From NCBI GenBank assembly GCA_032718475.1, contig JAUCBJ010006317.1, positions 1 to 64,000 on the forward strand: 64,000 nucleotides of DNA, read 5' to 3'. Shown piece by piece: positions 1-12,000 of the stretch. This DNA is from Nemertoderma westbladi. Lineage: Eukaryota; Animalia; Xenacoelomorpha. The position numbers and the translations under genes were made by a program. The stretch's first letter is position 1; the number at the start of each line of letters is the position of its first letter. The notes below the pieces were generated by a model that worked only from the letters and a program-made list of their open reading frames with translations, was not told where the DNA came from and did not search any database.

Positions 1-3000
1 AAACAAATAGCTGAGGTAGGTGAGTGGGACTGGTGTAAACAAATAGCTGAGGTAGGTGAGTGGGACTGGTGTAAACAAATAGCTGAGGTAGGTGAGTGGG
101 ACTGGTGTAAACAAATAGCCGAGGTAGGTGAGTGGGACTGGTGTAAACAAATAGCTGAGGTAGGTGAGTGGGACTGGTGTAAACAAATAGCTGAGGTAGG
201 TGAGTGGGACTGGTATAAACAAATAGCCGAGGTAGGTGAGTGGGACTGGTGTAAACAGGTAGGTGAGTGGGACTGGTGTAAACAAATAGCCGAGGTAGGT
301 GAGTGGGACTGGTGTAAACAAATAGTTGAGGTAGGTGAGTGGGACTGGTGTAAACAAATAGCTGAGGTAGGTGAGTGGGACTGGTATAAACAAATAGCCG
401 AGGTAGGTGAGTGGGACTGGTGTAAACAAATAGCCGAGGTAGGTGAGTGGGACTGGTGTAAACAAATAGCCGAGGTAGGTGAGTGGGACTGGTATAAACA
501 AATAGCCGAGGTAGGTGAGTGGGACTGGTGTAAACAGGTAGGTGAGTGGGACTGGTGTAAACAAATAGCCGAGGTAGGTGAGTGGGACTGGTGTAAACAA
601 ATAGTTGAGGTAGGTGAGTGGGAGTGGTGTAAACAAATAGCTGAGGTAGGTGAGTGGGACTGGTGTAAACAAATAGCTGAGGTAGGTGAGTGGGACTGGT
701 GTAAACAAATAGCTGAGGTAGGTGAGTGGGACTGGTATAAACAAATAGCTGAGGTAGGTGAGTGGGACTGGTGTAAACAAATAGCTGAGGTAGGTGAGTG
801 GGACTGGTATAAACAAATAGCCGAGGTAGGTGGGTGGGACTGGTGTAAACAGGTAGGTGAGTGGGACTGGTGTAAACAAATAGCCAAGGTAGGTGAGTGG
901 GACTGGTGTAAACAAATAGCCGAGGTAGGTGAGTGGGACTGGTATAAACAAATAGCCGAGGTAGGTGAGGGGGACTGGTGTAAACAGGTAGGTGAGTGGG
1001 ACTGGTGTAAACAAATAGCCGAGGTAGGTGAGTGGGACTGGTGTAAACAAATAGCCGAGGTAGGTGAGTGGGACTGGTGTAAACAAATAGCCGAGGTAGG
1101 TGAGTGGGACTGGTATAAACAGGTAGGTGAGTGGGACTGGTGTAAACAAATAGCTGAGGTAGGTGAGTGGGACTGGTGTAAACAAATAGCCGAGGTAGGT
1201 GAGTGGGACTGGGGTAAACAGGTAGGTGAGTGGGACTGGTGTAAACAAATAGCTGAGGTAAGTGAGTGGGACTGGTGTAAACAGGTAGGTGAGTGGGACT
1301 GGTGTAAACAAATAGCTGAGGTAGGTGAGTGGGACTGGTGTAAACAAATAGCTGAGGTAGGTGAGTGGGACTGGTGTAAACAAATAGCTGAGGTAGGTGA
1401 GTGGGACTGGTGTAAACAAATAGCTGAGGTAGGTGAGTGGGACTGGTGTAAACAAATAGCCGAGGTAGGTGAGTGGGACTGGTGTAAACAAATAGCCGAG
1501 GTAGGTGAGTGGGACTGGTGTAAACAAATAGCCGAGGTAGGTGAGTGGGACTGGTGTAAACAAATAGCTGAGGTAGGTGAGTGGGACTGGTGTAAACAAA
1601 TAGCTGAGGTAGGTGAGTGGGAGTGGTGTAAACAAATAGCTGAGGTAGGTGAGTGGGACTGGTGTAAACAAATAGCTGAGGTAGGTGAGTGGGACTGGTG
1701 TAAACAAATAGCTGAGGTAGGTGAGTGGGACTGGTGTAAACAAATAGCTGAGGTAGGTGAGTGGGACTGGTGTAAACAAATAGCCGAGGTAGGTGAGTGG
1801 GACTGGTGTAAACAAATAGCTGAGGTAGGTGAGTGGGACTGGTGTAAACAAATAGCCGAGGTAGGTGAGTGGGACTGGTGTAAACAAATAGCTGAGGTAG
1901 GTGAGTGGGACTGGTGTAAACAAATAGCCGAGGTAGGTGAGTGGGACTGGTGTAAACAAATAGCCGAGGTAGGTGAGTGGGACTGGTGTAAACAAATAGC
2001 TGAGGTAGGTGAGTGGGGCTGGTATAAACAAATAGCCGAGGTAGGTGAGTGGGACTGGTGTAAACAGGTAGGTGAGTGGGACTGGTGTAAACAAATAGCC
2101 GAGGTAGGTGAGTGGGACTGGTGTAAACAAATAGCCGAGGTAGGTGAGTGGGACTGGTATAAACAAATAGCCGAGGTAGGTGAGTGGGACTGGTGTAAAC
2201 AAATAGCTGAGGTAGGTGAGTGGGACTGGTGTAAACAAATAGCTGAGGTAGGTGAGTGGGACTGGTGTAAACAGGCAGGTGAGTGGGACTGGTGTAAACA
2301 AATAGCCGAGGTAGGTGAGTGGGACTGGTGTAAACAAATAGACGAGGTAGGTGAGTGGGACTGGTGTAAACAAATAGCCGAGGTAGGTGAGTGGGACTGG
2401 TGTAAACAGGTAGGTGAGTGGGACTGGTGTAAACAAATAGCCGAGGTAGGTGAGTGGGACTGGTGTAAACAAATAGACGAGGTAGGTGAGTGGGACTGGT
2501 GTAAACAAATAGCCGAGGTAGGTGAGTGGGACTGGTGTAAACAAATAGCTGAGGTAGGTGAGTGGGACTGGTGTAAACAAATAGCCAAGGTAGGTGAGTG
2601 GGACTGGGGTAAACAGGTAGGTGAGTGGGACTGGTGTAAACAAATAGCTGAGGTAGGTGAGTGGGACTGGTGTAAACAGGTAGGTGAGTGGGACTGGTGT
2701 AAACAAATAGCTGAGGTAGGTGAGTGGGAGTGGTGTAAACAAATAGCTGAGGTAGGTGAGTGGGACTGGTGTAAACAAATAGCCGAGGTAGGTGAGTGGG
2801 ACTGGTGTAAACAAATAGCTGAGGTAGGTGAGTGGGACTGGTGTAAACAAATAGCCGAGGTAGGTGAGTGGGACTGGTGTAAACAAATAGCTGAGGTAGG
2901 TGAGTGGGACTGGTGTAAACAGGTAGGTGAGTGGGACTGGTGTAAACAGGTAGGTGAGTGGGACTGGTGTAAACAGGTAGGTGAGTGGGACTGGTGTAAA

Positions 3001-6000
3001 CAAATAGCTGAGGTAGGTGAGTGGGACTGGTGTAAACAAATAGCTGAGGTAGGTGAGTGGGACTGGTGTAAACAAATAGCTGAGGTAGGTGAGTGGGACT
3101 GGTGTAAACAAATAGCCGAGGTAGGTGAGTGGGACTGGTATAAACAAATAGCCGAGGTAGGTGAGTGGGACTGGTGTAAACAAATAGCCGAGGTAGGTGA
3201 GTGGGACTGGTGTAAACAAATAGCTGAGGTAGGTGAGTGGGACTGGTGTAAACAAATAGCTGAGGTAGGTGAGTGGGACTGGTATAAACAAATAGCCGAG
3301 GTAGGTGAGTGGGACTGGTGTAAACAAATGGCTGAGGTAGGTGAGTGGGACTGGTGTAAACAAATAGCTGAGGTAGGTGAGTGGGACTGGTGTAAACAAA
3401 TAGCTGAGGTAGGTGAGTGGGACTGGTGTAAACAAATAGCTGAGGTAGGTGAGTGGGACTGGTGTAAACAAATAGCTGAGGTAGGTGAGTGGGACTGGTG
3501 TAAACAAATAGCTGAGGTAGGTGAGTGGGACTGGTGTAAACAAATAGCCGAGGTAGGTGAGTGGGACTGGTGTAAACAAATAGCTGAGGTAGGTGAGTGG
3601 GACTGGTGTAAACAAATAGCCGAGGTAGGTGAGTGGGACTGGTGTAAACAAATAGCCGAGGTAGGTGAGTGGGACTGGTGTAAACAAATAGCTGAGGTAG
3701 GTGAGTGTGACTGGTGTAAACAAATAGCTGAGGTAGGTGAGTGGGACTGGTGTAAACAAATAGCTGAGGTAGGTGAGTGGGACTGGTGTAAACAAATAGC
3801 TGGGGTAGGTGAGTGGGACTGGTGTAAACAGGTAGGTGAGTGGGACTGGTGTAAACAAATAGCCGAGGTAGGTGAGTGGGACTGGTGTAAACAAATAGCC
3901 GAGGTAGGTGAGTGGGACTGGTGTAAACAAATCGCCGAGGTAGGTGAGTGGGACTGCTGTAAACAAATAGCTGAGGTAGGTGGGTGGGACTGGTGTAAAC
4001 AGGTTGGTGAGTGGGACTGGTGTAAACAAATAGCTGAGGTAGGTGAGTGGGAGTGGTGTAAACAAATAGCTGAGGTGGGTGAGTGGGACTGGTGTAAACA
4101 AATAGCTGAGGTAGGTGAGTGGGACTGGTGTAAACAAATAGCTGAGGTAGGTGAGTGGGACTGGTGTAAACAAATAGCCGAGGTAGGTGAGTGGGACTGG
4201 TGTAAACAAATAGCCGAGGTAGGTGAGTGGGACTGGTGTAAACAAATAGCCGAGGTAGGTGAGTGGGACTGGTGTAAACAAATAGCTGAGGTAGGTGAGT
4301 GGGACTGGTGTAAACAAATAGCTGAGGTAGGTGAGTGGGAGTGGTGTAAACAAATAGCTGAGGTAGGTGAGTGGGACTGGTGTAAACAAATAGCTGAGGT
4401 AGGTGAGTGGGACTGGTGTAAACAAATAGCCGAGGTAGGTGAGTGGGACTGGTGTAAACAAATAGCTGAGGTAGGTGAGTGGGACTGGTGTAAACAAATA
4501 GCTGAGGTATGTGAGTGGGACTGGTGTAAACAAATAGCTGAGGTAGGTGAGTGGGACTGGTGTAAACAAATAGCTGAGGTAGGTGAGTGGGACTGGTGTA
4601 AACAAATAGCCGAGGTAGGTGAGTGGGACTGGTGTAAACAAATAGCTGAGGTAGGTGAGTGGGACTGGTGTAAACAAATAGCTGAGGTAGGTGAGTGGGA
4701 CTGGTATAAACAAATAGCCGAGGTAGGTGAGTGGGACTGGTGTAAACAGGTAGGTGAGTGGGACTGGTGTAAACAAATAGCCGAGGTAGGTGAGTGGGAC
4801 TGGTGTAAACAAATAGTTGAGGTAGGTGAGTGGGACTGGTGTAAACAAATAGCTGAGGTAGGTGAGTGGGACTGGTATAAACAAATAGCCGAGGTAGGTG
4901 AGTGGGACTGGTGTAAACAAATAGCCGAGGTAGGTGAGTGGGACTGGTGTAAACAAATAGCCGAGGTAGGTGAGTGGGACTGGTATAAACAAATAGCCGA
5001 GGTAGGTGAGTGGGACTGGTGTAAACAGGTAGGTGAGTGGGACTGGTGTAAACAAATAGCCGAGGTAGGTGAGTGGGACTGGTGTAAACAAATAGTTGAG
5101 GTAGGTGAGTGGGAGTGGTGTAAACAAATAGCTGAGGTAGGTGAGTGGGACTGGTGTAAACAAATAGCTGAGGTAGGTGAGTGGGACTGGTGTAAACAAA
5201 TAGCTGAGGTAGGTGAGTGGGACTGGTATAAACAAATAGCTGAGGTAGGTGAGTGGGACTGGTGTAAACAAATAGCTGAGGTAGGTGAGTGGGACTGGTA
5301 TAAACAAATAGCCGAGGTAGGTGGGTGGGACTGGTGTAAACAGGTAGGTGAGTGGGACTGGTGTAAACAAATAGCCAAGGTAGGTGAGTGGGACTGGTGT
5401 AAACAAATAGCCGAGGTAGGTGAGTGGGACTGGTATAAACAAATAGCCGAGGTAGGTGAGGGGGACTGGTGTAAACAGGTAGGTGAGTGGGACTGGTGTA
5501 AACAAATAGCCGAGGTAGGTGAGTGGGACTGGTGTAAACAAATAGCCGAGGTAGGTGAGTGGGACTGGTGTAAACAAATAGCCGAGGTAGGTGAGTGGGA
5601 CTGGTATAAACAGGTAGGTGAGTGGGACTGGTGTAAACAAATAGCTGAGGTAGGTGAGTGGGACTGGTGTAAACAAATAGCCGAGGTAGGTGAGTGGGAC
5701 TGGGGTAAACAGGTAGGTGAGTGGGACTGGTGTAAACAAATAGCTGAGGTAAGTGAGTGGGACTGGTGTAAACAGGTAGGTGAGTGGGACTGGTGTAAAC
5801 AAATAGCTGAGGTAGGTGAGTGGGACTGGTGTAAACAAATAGCTGAGGTAGGTGAGTGGGACTGGTGTAAACAAATAGCTGAGGTAGGTGAGTGGGACTG
5901 GTGTAAACAAATAGCTGAGGTAGGTGAGTGGGACTGGTGTAAACAAATAGCCGAGGTAGGTGAGTGGGACTGGTGTAAACAAATAGCCGAGGTAGGTGAG

Positions 6001-7727
6001 TGGGACTGGTGTAAACAAATAGCCGAGGTAGGTGAGTGGGACTGGTGTAAACAAATAGCTGAGGTAGGTGAGTGGGACTGGTGTAAACAAATAGCTGAGG
6101 TAGGTGAGTGGGAGTGGTGTAAACAAATAGCTGAGGTAGGTGAGTGGGACTGGTGTAAACAAATAGCTGAGGTAGGTGAGTGGGACTGGTGTAAACAAAT
6201 AGCTGAGGTAGGTGAGTGGGACTGGTGTAAACAAATAGCTGAGGTAGGTGAGTGGGACTGGTGTAAACAAATAGCCGAGGTAGGTGAGTGGGACTGGTGT
6301 AAACAAATAGCTGAGGTAGGTGAGTGGGACTGGTGTAAACAAATAGCCGAGGTAGGTGAGTGGGACTGGTGTAAACAAATAGCTGAGGTAGGTGAGTGGG
6401 ACTGGTGTAAACAAATAGCCGAGGTAGGTGAGTGGGACTGGTGTAAACAAATAGCCGAGGTAGGTGAGTGGGACTGGTGTAAACAAATAGCTGAGGTAGG
6501 TGAGTGGGGCTGGTATAAACAAATAGCCGAGGTAGGTGAGTGGGACTGGTGTAAACAGGTAGGTGAGTGGGACTGGTGTAAACAAATAGCCGAGGTAGGT
6601 GAGTGGGACTGGTGTAAACAAATAGCCGAGGTAGGTGAGTGGGACTGGTATAAACAAATAGCCGAGGTAGGTGAGTGGGACTGGTGTAAACAAATAGCTG
6701 AGGTAGGTGAGTGGGACTGGTGTAAACAAATAGCTGAGGTAGGTGAGTGGGACTGGTGTAAACAGGCAGGTGAGTGGGACTGGTGTAAACAAATAGCCGA
6801 GGTAGGTGAGTGGGACTGGTGTAAACAAATAGACGAGGTAGGTGAGTGGGACTGGTGTAAACAAATAGCCGAGGTAGGTGAGTGGGACTGGTGTAAACAG
6901 GTAGGTGAGTGGGACTGGTGTAAACAAATAGCCGAGGTAGGTGAGTGGGACTGGTGTAAACAAATAGACGAGGTAGGTGAGTGGGACTGGTGTAAACAAA
7001 TAGCCGAGGTAGGTGAGTGGGACTGGTGTAAACAAATAGCTGAGGTAGGTGAGTGGGACTGGTGTAAACAAATAGCCAAGGTAGGTGAGTGGGACTGGGG
7101 TAAACAGGTAGGTGAGTGGGACTGGTGTAAACAAATAGCTGAGGTAGGTGAGTGGGACTGGTGTAAACAGGTAGGTGAGTGGGACTGGTGTAAACAAATA
7201 GCTGAGGTAGGTGAGTGGGAGTGGTGTAAACAAATAGCTGAGGTAGGTGAGTGGGACTGGTGTAAACAAATAGCCGAGGTAGGTGAGTGGGACTGGTGTA
7301 AACAAATAGCTGAGGTAGGTGAGTGGGACTGGTGTAAACAAATAGCCGAGGTAGGTGAGTGGGACTGGTGTAAACAAATAGCTGAGGTAGGTGAGTGGGA
7401 CTGGTGTAAACAGGTAGGTGAGTGGGACTGGCGTAAACAGGTAGGTGAGTGGGACTGGTGTAAACAGGTAGGTGAGTGGGACTGGTGTAAACAAATAGCT
7501 GAGGTAGGTGAGTGGGACTGGTGTAAACAAATAGCTGAGGTAGGTGAGTGGGACTGGTGTAAACAAATAGCTGAGGTAGGTGAGTGGGACTGGTGTAAAC
7601 AAATAGCCGAGGTAGGTGAGTGGGACTGGTGTAAACAAATAGCTGAGGTAGGTGAGTGGGACTGGTGTAAACAAATAGCTGAGGTAGGTGAGTGGGACTG
7701 GTGTAAACAAATAGCTGAGGTAGGTGA
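1..7727 (+). repeat. 36-bp tandem satellite array, left segment (continues beyond window start)
   Basis: Seen directly: contiguous copies of AAACAAATAGCYGAGGTAGGTGAGTGGGACTGGTGT. Frequent 27-bp deletion monomers (AAACA^GGTAGG) and TGGTAT variants. Ends at ...GAGGTAGGTGA (7727), where the insert begins. Confidence 0.99.
21..7630 (+). repeat. Higher-order duplication, period 4491 bp (~21-3139 copied at ~4512-7630)
   Basis: Rare markers recur at an offset of 4491: GAGTGGGGCTGGTAT at 2011/6502 and ACAGGCAGG at 2271/6762. The order of 27-mers and GAC/GCC/GCT variants is the same in both copies. One visible difference is T2941 vs C7432. Confidence 0.9.
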
Positions 7728-7748
7728 TTGATTGATTGATTGTTTATT
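7725..7748 (-). repeat. LINE 3' terminus: AATAAA followed by (AATC)4 microsatellite tail
   Basis: + strand reads TGATTGATTGATTGATTG-TTTATT (7725-7748), which is AATAAA-CAATCAATCAATCAATCA on the - strand. Short tandem-repeat tails instead of poly(A) are established for RTE/RTEX/L2/CR1-group LINEs. Confidence 0.88.
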
Positions 7749-8226
7749 GTCTACACTTCTCTATACAGTTCAATACTTGCACAATAATTAACAGTATACA
7801 TGATTGAAGCGGTAGTGCCGACCATAATATAAAGAGATTTACCAGAAAAAATTAAATATTTAAATTCCGAACAGAAATAGCACAATAAAAGTACCTACTT
7901 ACGTACGAGTACATCTCTAATTAACTGTCAAGTCGTGCGATGCTGGGTCTAATATAATTAAATGAATAAATATGTTATATCTAAATAATTGTCAAGCCGT
8001 GTGATACTGGGTCTAGTCTATTGTAATAAAAAGTTATAGTTAAAATAAATAAATAATATATGTAAATGAAGAACAGTGCTTGTTTCACAATTTATCATGT
8101 TCCACTTAATTTAAATAATTATGGTCAGTAGGTTCATAAAATATATAAATGAAAATTACATTATACTAAATATTCGAATCGCGTTCCTTCCAATAAATAA
8201 TTCGCTATTTGTTACTTAGTCACTTA
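7749..8226 (-). other. AT-rich 3' UTR of the LINE (~480 bp)
   Basis: Lies between the tandem TAA TAA stops (8224-8229) and AATAAA. Visibly much more AT-rich than the ORF, with no long ORF in the track. Confidence 0.8.
7926..8015 (+). repeat. Imperfect 26-bp direct repeat in the LINE 3' UTR (7926-7951 and 7990-8015)
   Basis: TGTCAAGTCGTGCGATGCTGGGTCTA vs TGTCAAGCCGTGTGATACTGGGTCTA: 23/26 identical, all three differences are transitions, starts 64 bp apart. Confidence 0.85.
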
Positions 8227-8955
8227 TTAATAATCGTGGGTCATACTTTCGATCATTTTAGCTACCTGCACTTGATTACCTAAACCAAATAAACTTGTTA
8301 AATCAGACCAGCTTCCATTGACATGTCTCCTGGATCGCTCAGTAAATGGGCAAACGGTAACAATATGTTGTTCCGTCTGGATAGCTCCACATACACAGAA
8401 GCGCTCAGTATCTCGTACCCTGGCCCACCTCATTCGTTCTACGGGGAAGCTGTGGCTACCCAGCCTAAATCTTGACCACGCTAGACGGTACCGCTCCGGA
8501 ACTTTGCAGTCTTTGTACAATTGCGGCGAAGTTAACAACGGATTCACTAACTTATACAGATGACGTTTTGTTGTTACAGACTTAGACACGTCATTTTTCA
8601 GCTTATCGTTCTGGATTTTACTGTAATCCGACGGGAGGTTCTTTACTCGATCCACCTCGATAAACGTCGGTGAGCTGTTATCCCGGCCGATTTCCAAGGC
8701 CATCTGCAATGGAGAGTCGGCGACTGGAATAAAACTATTCAGATATTTCCGCTGTTTATCACGGATTAAGGTTTCGAACTCTGGGAGTCCCAATTCGATA
8801 AGGCAGATGTCGCCGCACGTGGTAGGTCGAACACCCAATAGTAGCCTTACCATAGACATATACAATTTAGACATAGGGGCCAATGAACCCCCGTACCAGG
8901 TTTCACAACCGTAAGTTATAGCAGAGATCACTGCGGCGTCAAAAACTTTCCTTTT
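8227..8955 (-). pseudogene. 5'-truncated LINE ORF2 remnant: reverse-transcriptase C-terminal/thumb region plus CCHC-type zinc knuckle (242 aa, no internal stops)
   Basis: Translation contains KRKVFDAAVISAITYGCETW (YGCETW at 8896-8913), LLLGVRPTTCGDICLIELGLP and WSRFRLGSHSFPVERMRW...RFCVCGAIQTEQHIVTVCP (C-x-C-x7-H-x4-C at 8350-8397). These match the known YGxExW, LGVRxxT...ELG and RxxxHxxxxExxRW...CxxC...H...C pattern of RTE/RTEX-type ORF2. There is no start codon, and no endonuclease or catalytic RT core. Confidence 0.85.
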
Positions 8956-9059
8956 GTGGTGGTGAGTGAGTGGGACTGGTGTAAACAAATAGCTGAGGTA
9001 GGTGAGTGGGACTGGTGTAAACAAATAGCTGAGGTAGGTGAGTGGGACTGGTATAAACA

Positions 9060-12000
9060 AATAGCCGAGGTAGGTGAGGGGGACTGGTGTAAACAGGTAG
9101 GTGAGTGGGACTGGTGTAAACAAATAGCCGAGGTAGGTGAGTGGGACTGGTGTAAACAAATAGCCGAGGTAGGTGAGTGGGACTGGTGTAAACAAATAGC
9201 TGAGGTAGGTGAGTGGGACTGGTGTAAACAAATAGCTGAGGTAGGTGAGTGGGACTGGTGTAAACAAATAGCTGAGGTAGGTGAGTGGGACTGGTGTAAA
9301 CAAATAGCTGAGGTAGGTGAGTGGGAGTGGTGTAAACAAATAGCCGAGGTAGGTGAGTGGGACTGGTGTAAACAAATAGCCGAGGTAGGTGAGTGGGACT
9401 GGTGTAAACAAATAGCCGAGGTAGGTGAGTGGGACTGGTGTAAACAGGTAGGTGAGTGGGACTGGTGTAAACAAATAGCTGAGGTAGGTGAGTGGGACTG
9501 GTGTAAACAAATAGCCGAGGTAGGTGAGTGGGACTGGGGTAAACAGGTAGGTGAGTGGGACTGGTGTAAACAAATAGCTGAGGTAGGTGAGTGGGACTGG
9601 TGTAAACAAATAGCTGAGGTAGGTGAGTGGGAGTGGTGTAAACAAATAGCTGAGGTAGGTGAGTGGGACTGGTGTAAACAAATAGCCGTGGTAGGTGAGT
9701 GGGACTGGTGTAAACAAATAGCTGAGGTAGGTGAGTGGGACTGGTGTAAACAGGTAGGTGAGTGGGACTGGTGTAAACAAATAGCTGAGGTAGGTGAGTG
9801 GGACTGGTGTAAACAAATAGCTGAGGTAGGTGAGTGGGACTATGGTGTAAACAAATAGCCGAGGTAGGTGAGTGGGACTGGTGTAAACAAATAGCTGAGG
9901 TAGGTGAGTGGGACTGGTGTAAACAAATAGCCGATGTAGGTGAGTGGGACTGGTGTAAACAAATAGCTGAGGTAGGTGAGTGGGAGTGGTGTAAACAAAT
10001 AGCCGAGGTAGGTGAGTGGGACTGGTGTAAACAAATAGCTGAGGTAGGTGAGTGGGACTGGTGTAAACAAATAGCCGAGGTAGGTGAGTGGGACTGGTGT
10101 AAACAGGTAGGTGGGTGGGACTGGTGTAAACAGGTAGGTGAGTGGGACTGGTGTAAACAAATAGCTGAGGTAGGTGAATGGGACTGGTGTAAACAAATAG
10201 CCGAGGTAGGTGAGTGGGACTGGTGTAAACAAATAGCTGAGGTAGGTGTGTGGGACTGGTGTAAACAAATAGCTGATGTAGATGAGTGGGAGTGGTGTAA
10301 ACAAATAGCTGAGGTAGGTGAGTGGGACTGGTGTAAACAAATAGCTGAGGTAGGTGAGTGGGACTGGTGTAAACAAATAGCTGAGGTAGGTGAGTGGGAC
10401 TGGTGTAAACAAATAGCCGAGGTAGGTGAGTGGGACTGGTGTAAACAAATAGCTGAGGTAAGTGAGTGGGACTGGTGTAAACAAATAGCTGAGGTAGGTG
10501 AGTGGGACTGGTGTAAACAAATAGCTGATGTAGATGAGTGGGAGTGGTGTAAACAAATAGCTGAGGTAGGTGAGTGGGACTGGTGTAAACAAATAGCTGA
10601 GGTAGGTGAGTGGGACTGGTGTAAACAAATAGCTGAGGTAGGTGAGTGGGACTGGTGTAAACAAATAGCTGAGGTAGGTGAGTGGGACTGGTGTAAACAA
10701 ATAGCTGAGGTAGGTGAGTGGGACTGGTGTAAACAAATAGCCGAGGTAGGTGAGTGGGACTGGTGTAAACAAATAGCCGAGGTAAGTGAGTGGGACTGGT
10801 GTAAACAAATAGCTGATGTAGGTGAGTGGGACTGGTGTAAACAAATAGCTGAGGTAGGTGAGTGGGAGTGGTGTAAACAAATAGCTGATGTAGGTGAGTG
10901 GGACTGGTGTAAACAAATAGCTGAGGTAGGTGAGTGGGACTGGTGTAAACAAATAGCTGCTAAGGTAGGTGAGTGGGACTGGTGTAAACAAATAGCTGAG
11001 GTAGGTGAGTGGGACTGGTGTAAACAAATAGCCGAGGTAGGTGAGTGGGACTGGTGTAAACAAATAGCTGATGTAGGTGAGTGGGACTGGTGTAAACAAA
11101 TAGCCGAGGTAGGTGAGGGGGACTGGTGTAAACAGGTAGGTGAGTGGGACTGGTGTAAACAAATAGCCGAGGTAGGTGAGTGGGACTGGTGTAAAGAAAT
11201 AGCCGAGGTAGGTGAGTGGGACTGGTGTAAACAAATAGCCGAGGTAGGTGAGTGGGACTGGTGTAAACAGGTAGGTGAGTGGGACTGGTGTAAACAAATA
11301 GCTGAGGTAGGTGAGTGGGACTGGTGTAAACAAATAGCCGAGGTAGGTGAGTGGGACTGGGGTAAACAGGTAGGTGAGTGGGACTGGTGTAAACAAATAG
11401 CTGAGGTAGGTGAGTGGGACTGGTGTAAACAGGTAGGTGAGTGGGACTGGTGTAAACAAATAGCTGAGGTAGGTGAGTGGGAGTGGTGTAAACAAATAGC
11501 TGAGGTAGGTGAGTGGGACTGGTGTAAACAAATAGCCGAGGTAGGTGAGTGGGACTGGTGTAAACAAATAGCCGAGGTAGGTGAGTGGAGCTGGTGTAAA
11601 CAAATAGCCGAGGTAGGTGAGTGGGACTGGTGTAAACAGGTAGGTGAGTGGGACGGGTGTAAACAAATAGCTGAGGTAGGTGAGTGGGACTGGTGTAAAC
11701 AAATAGCTGAGGTAGGTGAGTGGGACTATGGTGTAAACAAATAGCCGAGGTAGGTGAGTGGGACTGGTGTAAACAAATAGCTGAGGTAGGTGAGTGGGAC
11801 TGGTGTAAACAAATAGCCGATGTAGGTGAGTGGGACTGGTGTAAACAAATAGCTGAGGTAGGTGAGTGGGACTGGTGTAAACAAATAGCCGAGGTAGGTG
11901 AGTGGGACTGGTGTAAACAGGTAGGTGAGTGGGACTGGTGTAAACAGGTAGGTGAGTGGGACTGGTGTAAACAGGTAGGTGAGTGGGACTGGTGTAAACA

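Larger units (their letters stand above)
7728..8965 (-). mobile_element. 5'-truncated non-LTR retrotransposon (LINE), RTE/RTEX-like, inserted into a satellite monomer
   Basis: Unique ~1.24-kb sequence interrupting a monomer at GGTGA^GTGGGAC. On the - strand it has the C-terminal part of a LINE ORF2, an AT-rich 3' UTR, AATAAA and an (AATC)n tail, with GTGA duplicated across the junctions. The right boundary is ambiguous (8955-8965). Clade is inferred from motifs, not from a search. Confidence 0.88.

Noticed and set aside
3328-7731. ATG-initiated 1467-aa ORF
   Set aside because: The ATG is a single ATA->ATG monomer variant, and the stop is supplied incidentally by the LINE tail.
8318-8563. 81-aa + strand ORF
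   Set aside because: Short antisense shadow of the LINE ORF with a TTG start and no recognisable motif.
7728-8965. Bacterial retroelement, DGR/retron, DNA transposon or host gene exon
   Set aside because: No terminal inverted repeats, LTRs or template/variable repeat pair. The motifs, 3' tail and 5' truncation fit a eukaryotic LINE.
8227-9816. 529-aa satellite-LINE fusion protein
   Set aside because: All three - strand satellite frames are open, so any - strand insertion appears fused in frame. The listed start is a TTG within the repeat, with no ATG or promoter evidence.
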